Assembly: GCA_017534305.1 (NCBI GenBank)
Contig: JAFWCU010000035.1
Coordinates: 18,455 to 50,454, forward strand
Reading direction: 5' to 3'
DNA length: 32,000 nucleotides
Origin: Clostridia bacterium
GTDB taxonomy: Bacteria; Bacillota; Clostridia; TANB77; CAG-465
How positions within the stretch are numbered: the stretch's first letter is position 1; every line of letters begins with the position of its first letter. The notes under the pieces are model-generated. The model had not been told where the DNA came from. It was given only the letters and a program-made list of their open reading frames with translations, and ran no database searches. Made by a program: the position numbers and the translations under genes. Of the stretch, positions 25,340 to 32,000 are shown one piece after another.

Positions 25340-25368
25340 AAAAAGGCTCTCAAAAAGAGTCTTTTTTT
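25340..25368 (+). terminator. rho-independent terminator after the T4CP gene
   Basis: Stem AGGCTCT (25344-25350) / AGAGTCT (25356-25362) with one G-T pair, followed by T7. Confidence 0.7.
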
Positions 25369-25394
25369 ATGTCCATTTTTGGCTATATTTTTAC

Positions 25395-25423
25395 TTGAAA
25401 ATCTATATTATATATAGTATAAT
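25395..25423 (+). promoter_or_regulatory. sigma-A promoter
   Basis: TTGAAA (25395-25400), 17-nt spacer, TATAAT (25418-25423). Confidence 0.65.
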
Positions 25424-25445
25424 CTAGGTATATGTGGAGGGGTAT

Positions 25446-26138
25446 ATGAACAAGGAAAAAGGATTAATTGCTATAATAGTAATTATAGTGTCAGTTGTGT
25501 TAACTATTTTTATCGCAATGTGGCTCCTAGATACTACCGGAAAAGTGAATCAAGGGAATTATAGAATAAGCGATATTATCATACAATCTGGCGCTACAGT
25601 AACTGAAGTGCAAGATAATAGTGTTAAAATAGAAAAACTATCTGGTCTATTTTTTGATGTTTCACAAACAAATGAAGTAACTATTTTTGTAGAAGCAAAT
25701 ACAAAAATTGCATCTATGATGCTAGACAATATCAAAATATCAGATCCAGTATTAAAAGGAAAAATGAGCCTTGCTCAAAAAGACTACGAAAAATATGACA
25801 TTACTCAAGATTTAAAATCGTTACCATTATATTTAGAAGAAAAAGATGGTCAATACAAAATATGTCTTGTCATAGATAATGATAAAGTAATTACAGATAA
25901 AAACGTAAGTGATGATAAAGATAGTATTCCATACTCAGGAGAAATATTTAAACTTTGGAATATACCAGTAAGTGACTTAACTTTTGATGTTTCTTTTGAA
26001 CTTATCATTACAGACGAATCAGGAACAAAAGTTAAAACAGAAATTAAACTAAAGATGCCAGCAGAAGAGATGTTAGAGTCAGGAATGTCTATTCTAAAAC
26101 AAGACGCAAGTAAATATTTATTTACTATACAAAAATAA
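25446..26138 (+). CDS. N-terminally membrane-anchored, beta-rich extracytoplasmic protein (function unknown)
   Basis: ATG at 25446, 5 nt after GGAGG; the track start at 25434 is a GTG inside the RBS. Single TM LIAIIVIIVSVVLTIFIAMWLL. Confidence 0.6.
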   Translation: MNKEKGLIAIIVIIVSVVLTIFIAMWLLDTTGKVNQGNYRISDIIIQSGATVTEVQDNSVKIEKLSGLFFDVSQTNEVTIFVEANTKIASMMLDNIKISDPVLKGKMSLAQKDYEKYDITQDLKSLPLYLEEKDGQYKICLVIDNDKVITDKNVSDDKDSIPYSGEIFKLWNIPVSDLTFDVSFELIITDESGTKVKTEIKLKMPAEEMLESGMSILKQDASKYLFTIQK

Positions 26139-26149
26139 TATAATTGGTA

Positions 26150-26178
26150 TTGAAAATCTAAAGAATATATTGTATAAT
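26150..26178 (+). promoter_or_regulatory. sigma-A promoter of the SRP RNA
   Basis: TTGAAA (26150-26155), 17-nt spacer, TATAAT (26173-26178). Confidence 0.7.
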
Positions 26179-26186
26179 ATCACTAT

Positions 26187-26263
26187 GCCAAGCGATAGAG
26201 TACTGTGAACCTTGTCAGGTCCGGAAGGAAGCAGCAATAAGCAATATACTCTATGTGCCTGGC
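26187..26263 (+). ncRNA. ffs: small (4.5S-type) signal recognition particle RNA, about 77 nt
   Basis: Conserved domain IV core GTCAGGTCCGGAAGGAAGCAGC. The ends GCCAAGCGATAGAGTA / TACTCTATGTGCCTGGC pair into one long hairpin, followed by T7. Confidence 0.85.
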
Positions 26264-26285
26264 TTTTTTTGTTATAGGAGGGAAT

Positions 26286-27824
26286 ATGGGATATATAGCA
26301 CTATACAGAAAATATAGACCAACTACATTTAGTAATATCATTGGTCAAGAAAACGTAACAAAGATACTTAGAAATCAAATAAAAAACAACAAAATATCTC
26401 ACGCATACTTGTTTAGTGGTACACGTGGAACAGGTAAAACAAGTGCAGCAAAGGTATTTGCAAGAGCAATTAACTGTTTAAATCCACAAGATGGTGAACC
26501 ATGTAATGAATGTGAAGTATGTAAAGGAATATTAAATGGAACTATAACAGATGTAATTGAGATGGATGCTGCATCAAACAATAGTGTTGAAAACATTCGT
26601 CAAATACGTCAAGAAGTTGTATATGCAACTGTAGATGTTAAATATAGAGTATATATTATAGACGAGGTTCACATGTTAACAACTAGTGCATTTAACGCAT
26701 TACTTAAAACATTAGAAGAACCACCAGAAAATGTTGTGTTTATTCTAGCAACTACAGAACAACACAAGATTCCTGTAACAATTCTTTCTCGTTGCCTTAA
26801 GTTTGATTTCAACAGACTAAGTGAGGAAGATTTATACAACAGAGTAAAATATGTTTTAGACTCAGAGGGCGTAAAATATGAGGACGAAGCATGTAGATAT
26901 ATTGCAACTCTTGCAGATGGAGCTGCACGTGATGCACTAAGTATATTAGACAGATGCATATCTGAATCAGATGATATATTAAAATATGAAGATGTACAAA
27001 ATATAGTTGGTGCAATAGATAAAAACATAATAGATAAAGTTGTAGAAGATATTTTAAACTACAACTCACTAGATGCAATTTCTCAAGTAGATGAAGTAAT
27101 AAAAAAAGGAAAAGATTTAAGACAATTTACTTTTGAAGTCACAAATGAATTCTTAAATAGACTTGTAGATGCAAAAGAAGGAACAGATAGACTTATTGCA
27201 ATAATAGATAGATTATCTAGCTTAGATAATGATTTAAAATCTACAACAAGAAAAGAAATAGTTTTAAAAGCTTGCATTGTTCAACTATGCAATTTAAAAC
27301 AGCCTGTACAGATTGAAGGAAACACACAATCAGCACCTCAACCAATGAATGACATTTATACTAAAAAAATTGAACAACTAGAAAAAGAGGTAATAGAATT
27401 AAAAGATAAAATAGCTAAGGGAGTACAAGTTCAGTCAGCTCCTGCTCAGACAGTTGAAGCTCCTAAAGTAAATGTTGTTAAAGAAACAAGAGAAAAAGTA
27501 GATACTAATGGATTAACTGAGTTTCCAAGTACAGAAGAACTAAAAAAAGAAATGATAGACAGAGGTAAAGTTAAAGTATATTCTGCATTAGTTAAAGCAA
27601 AAGTATATGTAGATGATGTTGTAAGAGTTATAACTACAAACACATTTGGATATAAAATACTAACTCAAGAAGATACTGCAGAAACTATCTCACAAGTACT
27701 TTTTGAAAAGTATAAAATTAACAAAAACATTGTACTAGAATTAGTAACAGAAAACGGAGAATCTATCTCAAAGATAGAAAAAGTATTCAAAGACAATAAT
27801 ATTGAATATACTCCAATGGATTAA
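26286..27824 (+). CDS. dnaX: DNA polymerase III subunit gamma/tau
   Basis: ALYRKYRPTTF, GTRGTGKTS, zinc module CNECEVC, and IIDEVHML. ATG at 26286 after AGGAGGG; the upstream part of the track ORF overlaps the SRP RNA. Confidence 0.95.
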   Translation: MGYIALYRKYRPTTFSNIIGQENVTKILRNQIKNNKISHAYLFSGTRGTGKTSAAKVFARAINCLNPQDGEPCNECEVCKGILNGTITDVIEMDAASNNSVENIRQIRQEVVYATVDVKYRVYIIDEVHMLTTSAFNALLKTLEEPPENVVFILATTEQHKIPVTILSRCLKFDFNRLSEEDLYNRVKYVLDSEGVKYEDEACRYIATLADGAARDALSILDRCISESDDILKYEDVQNIVGAIDKNIIDKVVEDILNYNSLDAISQVDEVIKKGKDLRQFTFEVTNEFLNRLVDAKEGTDRLIAIIDRLSSLDNDLKSTTRKEIVLKACIVQLCNLKQPVQIEGNTQSAPQPMNDIYTKKIEQLEKEVIELKDKIAKGVQVQSAPAQTVEAPKVNVVKETREKVDTNGLTEFPSTEELKKEMIDRGKVKVYSALVKAKVYVDDVVRVITTNTFGYKILTQEDTAETISQVLFEKYKINKNIVLELVTENGESISKIEKVFKDNNIEYTPMD

Positions 27825-27880
27825 CTTGAAAATTAGAAATATATATAATATAATTAGTTTTGTTGAAAGGATGATAGAAA

Positions 27881-28216
27881 ATGGGAAATAAATACGGTGG
27901 ATTTCCAGGCGGTGGTTTTGGAAACATGCAAAATATATTAAAACAAGCACAAAAAATGCAAGCAGATATGGAGAAAAAGCAAGCAGAACTTGCAACAAAA
28001 GAAATCGAAACATCTGCAGGCGGTGGAGCTGTAGTAGTTAAAGCTACAGGAGATAAAGTAATAAAAGAAATAATAATTCAAAAAGATGTAGTAGATCCAG
28101 ACGATGTAGAAATGTTACAAGACTTAATTTTAACTGCTGTAAATGAAGCTTTAAAACAAGCAGATTCTATGGCACAACAAGAAATGGGACAATTTAGCAT
28201 GCCAGGTCTATTCTAG
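27881..28216 (+). CDS. ybaB: YbaB/EbfC family nucleoid-associated protein
   Basis: [23 protein letters not shown]...[12 protein letters not shown]...[19 protein letters not shown], in the conserved position between dnaX and recR. Confidence 0.9.
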   Translation: MGNKYGGFPGGGFGNMQNILKQAQKMQADMEKKQAELATKEIETSAGGGAVVVKATGDKVIKEIIIQKDVVDPDDVEMLQDLILTAVNEALKQADSMAQQEMGQFSMPGLF

Positions 28217-28225
28217 GAGATAAAT

Positions 28226-28819
28226 ATGTATTCAGATACAGTTAATAAACTAATTAACCAATTTGAAAAATTACCTGGAATTGGTCATAAGAGTGCTGTA
28301 AGACTCGCCTTTTTCATACTTGAATCTAACAAAGAAGTAGCAGAGGAAATGGCTAAAACATTAGTTGAAGCTAAAGAGAATGTTAAATTCTGTTCTGTGT
28401 GTTATAACTTAACAGAAAAAGATCCTTGCTCAATTTGTTCAGACACTAAAAGAGATGAGTCTACAATATGCGTTGTTGAAAACGTAAAAGATGTAGTTGC
28501 AATGGAAAAAACACATGAGTACAGAGGAAAATATCACGTACTTCATGGTTCGATTTCTCCAATGAACAACATCTCAGCAGGGGATATAAAAATTAAGGAA
28601 CTATTACAAAGATTAAGCGATGATAAGATAAAAGAAGTAATACTTGCTACAAATCCAACAGTTGAGGGAGAAGCAACAGCAATGTATATTTCAAGATTAA
28701 TTAAACCTTTAGGGATATCTGTAACAAGAATAGCTCATGGAATTCCTGTGGGTGGAGATCTTGAATATACAGACGAAATTACTCTTATCAAAGCATTAGA
28801 AGGAAGAAGAGAGATGTAG
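28226..28819 (+). CDS. recR: recombination protein RecR
   Basis: [14 protein letters not shown] HhH motif, C4 zinc finger CSVC...CSIC, and a Toprim region. Confidence 0.95.
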   Translation: MYSDTVNKLINQFEKLPGIGHKSAVRLAFFILESNKEVAEEMAKTLVEAKENVKFCSVCYNLTEKDPCSICSDTKRDESTICVVENVKDVVAMEKTHEYRGKYHVLHGSISPMNNISAGDIKIKELLQRLSDDKIKEVILATNPTVEGEATAMYISRLIKPLGISVTRIAHGIPVGGDLEYTDEITLIKALEGRREM

Positions 28820-28822
28820 CTT

Positions 28823-29635
28823 ATGAATATCGGTTTTTTTGATTCTGGACTCGGTGGAGTTGCAGTATTAAAAGAAGCTTTAGATACTGGACTTAGTGAA
28901 AATATATACTATTTAGGAGATACAAAAAATACTCCATATGGTACAAAAGATGAAAATTTTGTAAAAGAAGTTATTAACGATAATATCAATTACTTGATTG
29001 GACTAAACTGTAATCCAATAGTTATTGCTTGTAACACAGCAACAAGTCTATGTATTAAAGAGCTTAGAGATAAATATCCGGAAGTTAAATTTATCGGAAC
29101 GGAACCTGCAGTAAAGGTTGCAGCAGATGCGCACAATAGTAAAAAGATTCTTGTACTTGCTACAACAATAACTGCAAAACAAGAAAAACTTCATGCTCTA
29201 ATTAAAGAGCTAGACATTGATTCAAAAGTTAAGATTCTTCCTGCAGATAAACTTGTGTTATTTGCAGAGGATATAGATTGCAAAAACAAATCTAAAGAAG
29301 TAGAAGAATACATTAATGAACTATTCGAAGGACTAGATTTACACGAGTTTAGCCATATAGTTTTAGGTTGTACACATTTTCCACTATTTAGAGAAAATTT
29401 TGCAAATGTTATACATACTAAAGATGAAAATTTAAAAATTGATATCGTAGATGGTGCTAAGGGAATAGCTAAAAACCTTATAAATACCATCAACAAGTTA
29501 AATAATCGTGATGATTATATCAAGCAAAATAAATCTGTTACAATTATTACGACAAGTAATAAACCAGAGTTCATTGTTAGAGTAAATGAAATACTTGAAA
29601 ACGAACCAATTAAAACAGATATCAAATTACGATAA
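28823..29635 (+). CDS. murI: glutamate racemase
   Basis: FFDSGLGG, ACNTATS and GCTHFP motifs. Confidence 0.9.
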   Translation: MNIGFFDSGLGGVAVLKEALDTGLSENIYYLGDTKNTPYGTKDENFVKEVINDNINYLIGLNCNPIVIACNTATSLCIKELRDKYPEVKFIGTEPAVKVAADAHNSKKILVLATTITAKQEKLHALIKELDIDSKVKILPADKLVLFAEDIDCKNKSKEVEEYINELFEGLDLHEFSHIVLGCTHFPLFRENFANVIHTKDENLKIDIVDGAKGIAKNLINTINKLNNRDDYIKQNKSVTIITTSNKPEFIVRVNEILENEPIKTDIKLR

Positions 29636-29721
29636 AATTACAAAAAAATTTCAACAAATTGTAGCATATTTTATTACAACGTGATATAATGATTACAGTT
29701 TTAAGAACGAGGTGTATATAT

Positions 29722-30423
29722 ATGAATGATAAAAAAATCTTAATAGTCGATGACGAGAAAGCAATAGTAGATATCTTAAAATTCAATCTTGAAAAAGAAG
29801 GATTCACAACTACTGTAGCCTACGATGGAGAGGAAGCTATTAAAATAGCATTATCTGTTAACCCAGATTTAATATTACTAGACTTAATGCTACCTAAACT
29901 TGATGGATTTAGCGTATGTAAAAAACTAAGAAAAAGTCTAGTATGCCCAATTATAATGTTAACAGCTAAGGAAGAAGTTGTAGACAAAATCATTGGTCTA
30001 GAACTTGGAGCAGACGATTACATGACAAAACCATTCAGTATAAGAGAAGTTATTGCTAGGGTTAAAGCTAACCTTAGAAAACACACTTTACCTGAAGTTG
30101 AAGAAGACAAAAACTCTTCTAAAAACAAAATAAAAGTTAAAGATATGATAATCGATCCTGAAAGATACATTGCAATTGTCAATGGAAAAACAATCGATTT
30201 AACAATAAAAGAATTTGAACTACTTAAATTATTATCTACAAACCCAAATCAAGTATTCACTAGAGAACAAATTCTAAGAGGAGTTTGGGGATATGATTTC
30301 TATGGTGATGCAAGAACAGTAGACGTTACTGTAAGAAGACTTAGAGAAAAAATTGAAAAGAATTCTGCAGATCCACAATACGTTCAAACAAAAAGAGGAA
30401 TGGGATATTACGTTTCTTTATAA
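29722..30423 (+). CDS. OmpR-family response regulator, WalR/YycF-like
   Basis: KKILIVDDEK...LILLDLMLPKLDG...IIMLTAK...GADDYMTKPFSIREVIARVKANLRK closely follows the WalR pattern. ATG at 29722 (MNDKK). Confidence 0.85.
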   Translation: MNDKKILIVDDEKAIVDILKFNLEKEGFTTTVAYDGEEAIKIALSVNPDLILLDLMLPKLDGFSVCKKLRKSLVCPIIMLTAKEEVVDKIIGLELGADDYMTKPFSIREVIARVKANLRKHTLPEVEEDKNSSKNKIKVKDMIIDPERYIAIVNGKTIDLTIKEFELLKLLSTNPNQVFTREQILRGVWGYDFYGDARTVDVTVRRLREKIEKNSADPQYVQTKRGMGYYVSL

Positions 30424-30459
30424 TAGTAAAATATATAATAATTATTGGAGTGAAATTAT

Positions 30460-31854
30460 ATGAAAATTTCTATGAAAAGAATTATTAGAGCTATGAGTAT
30501 AATTATGGTAGTTATAGTATATATAACTACCATTTTATTATCTAGATCTCTAATAGATACAGACAAGTTTTTCAGTGTAAATAACATTATAATTTTTGCG
30601 GTAATAGTTATAGTAACATACATAATTTCAGTTATAGTATCAAACAAGGTGGCAGCCCCAATAAAACGTATAGAAAAAGGCATGAAAATGGTAAGTGAAG
30701 GAAAGCTACCAGATGTTAACAGAATTAAAAATGTAGAAGTATTTCCAGAATACAAAAACTTAATGCAAAACTATATTGCAATGCTTAAAGTTATTAAGAA
30801 AAATACTTTTGATCTTAATAGCCAAGAAAGTAAAACTGAAATTATACTAGAACACATGGCAGATGGAGTTATGGCTTTCTCAACAACTAAAGACATAGTT
30901 CATATGAATAAAGCTGCTATGAGACTATTAAATATTACTCGTCAAGATGATAATTTTGATGCTATTTGCCAAAAATTAAATTTAAATATAGACTTTAGCA
31001 AGCTAATGTACCTACCAAACTACCAAAGTGTAGAAATTAAGACTACTATTGGTGAGGATTTGGCATTAAGTGTTGTTTTTGCGCCTTTCTTTAGTGATGA
31101 ACTAAATCCTATGGGTGTTATTATGATTATTAGAAACATAACAGATAGTGTTAAGACAGACAATGTAAGAAAAGAATTTGTTTCTAACGTATCACATGAA
31201 TTAAAAACACCGTTAACAAGTATTAAAGGATATTCTGAAACAATGATGAATGGTGACTTAACTTACGAAGAAGTAATAAGATTTTCTAAAGTTATTAACC
31301 AAGAGGCTAACAGAATGAGTAAGCTTGTATCTGATCTTCTAAATCTATCTAGAATGGATTATAACAGAACAAATTGGGAACAAGTAACAATTAATACTAA
31401 AGACGAACTAAAGAAAGTTTGCGAAAAAGTTAGATTTGAAGCAGAAGAAAAAGGCCACAAGGTAGAACTAATTTGTGCAGACAATACACCTACTACATAT
31501 GTAGACAGAGGATGCTTTGAACAAATTATGATCAATATTCTAACAAATAGCATTAAATATACTCCAGATGGTGGATTAATAAGAATCTACGCTGGCCCTG
31601 TTGAAGGTGGAAGAACTGGAGTAAAAGTAATAGATAATGGTATTGGTATTCCACAAAAAGACCTAGAAAGAATATATGAAAGATTCTATAGAGTAGATAA
31701 AGCTCGTTCTAGAAAAATGGGTGGAACTGGACTTGGACTATCTATTGTTAAAGAAATGGTAGATGGAAACAATGGTACAATACAAATAGAAAGTAAACTA
31801 AATGAAGGAACAGAAGTAACTGTAATATTCCCTTCAACAAAAGAACAAAAATAA
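30460..31854 (+). CDS. sensor histidine kinase (2 TM-HAMP-PAS-HisKA-HATPase), WalK/VicK-like
   Basis: H-box FVSNVSHELKTPLTSIKGY, N-box ILTNSIKYTP, and G-boxes DNGIGIP and GGTGLGLSIV. Only a short extracellular loop separates the two TMs. Confidence 0.85.
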   Translation: MKISMKRIIRAMSIIMVVIVYITTILLSRSLIDTDKFFSVNNIIIFAVIVIVTYIISVIVSNKVAAPIKRIEKGMKMVSEGKLPDVNRIKNVEVFPEYKNLMQNYIAMLKVIKKNTFDLNSQESKTEIILEHMADGVMAFSTTKDIVHMNKAAMRLLNITRQDDNFDAICQKLNLNIDFSKLMYLPNYQSVEIKTTIGEDLALSVVFAPFFSDELNPMGVIMIIRNITDSVKTDNVRKEFVSNVSHELKTPLTSIKGYSETMMNGDLTYEEVIRFSKVINQEANRMSKLVSDLLNLSRMDYNRTNWEQVTINTKDELKKVCEKVRFEAEEKGHKVELICADNTPTTYVDRGCFEQIMINILTNSIKYTPDGGLIRIYAGPVEGGRTGVKVIDNGIGIPQKDLERIYERFYRVDKARSRKMGGTGLGLSIVKEMVDGNNGTIQIESKLNEGTEVTVIFPSTKEQK

Positions 31855-31864
31855 GGAGAAAATA

Positions 31865-32000
31865 ATGAAGTATTATGATACACATGCGCATTTTAACGAT
31901 GAAAAGTTTAATGGCATAGTAGAAGAAGAGTTACAAAAATGCTTTGATACAGGTGTAGATAAAATTAACATTATTGGATATAACACAGAAAGCTCAAAAA
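31865..32000 (+). CDS. TatD-family metal-dependent hydrolase, N-terminal part (3' end outside window)
   Basis: ATG 31865 after AAGGAG. MKYYDTHAHFNDEKF... contains the TatD DTHAH motif. The ORF is open to the window end. Confidence 0.7.
   Translation, partial: MKYYDTHAHFNDEKFNGIVEEELQKCFDTGVDKINIIGYNTESSK

Noticed and set aside
26253-26285. N-terminal extensions of several track ORFs (also 8006-8020, 10799-10816, 17384-17392, 19928-19984, 25434-25445, 29689-29721)
   Set aside because: In each case an internal ATG sits 5-10 nt after a GGAGG-type Shine-Dalgarno sequence. The upstream candidate start is a TTG, a GTG, or an ATG inside or abutting the RBS, or it overlaps the SRP RNA. The shorter starts were used.
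1-32000. Search for integrase, transposase, relaxase, VirB4, reverse transcriptase, CRISPR/Cas, restriction-modification or toxin-antitoxin pairs
   Set aside because: No ORF in the six-frame track shows the corresponding motifs, so none is reported. The accessory modules are described without an assigned mobility mechanism.

Overview
Low-GC chromosomal segment, about 28% G+C by hand counts of two typical 60-nt lines. Gene content and local synteny look Firmicutes/Clostridia-like: a G5/SLT wall hydrolase next to rsmA, SRP RNA-dnaX-ybaB-recR, a DnaD-domain loader with dnaI, and a WalRK-like two-component system. Most of the window is housekeeping: miaA (partial), dut, lemA-htpX, rsmA, tdk, gyrA, RNase P RNA, dnaX, recR and murI, plus a three-gene tRNA cluster (Lys-Glu-Thr, minus strand) and a very small SRP RNA. 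Three modules do not fit this backbone. (1) At 8.1-10.2 kb, a self-contained, GC-elevated cassette encodes two paralogous metallophosphoesterases. One has an intact active site and one a degenerate active site, and both carry a shared N-terminal domain I cannot assign. The cassette lies in an accessory interval with a membrane-tethered XRE regulator and a class II Fic protein, bounded by tdk and the tRNA cluster. (2) At 12.4-14.3 kb, an iteron-like 14-bp tandem array bracketed by a 14-bp inverted repeat precedes three translationally coupled small membrane proteins. Their topologies recall VirB2, VirB6 and VirB3/TcpE, and they sit directly upstream of the replication-loader genes. (3) At 21.7-26.1 kb, between rnpB and the SRP RNA, one operon joins a CofE-like ligase, an acidic protein, a 60-aa protein and an orphan VirD4/TraG-type coupling ATPase. 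I found no integrase, transposase, relaxase, VirB4, CRISPR array or rRNA in the window. All family assignments come from motif recognition by eye; no searches were run.
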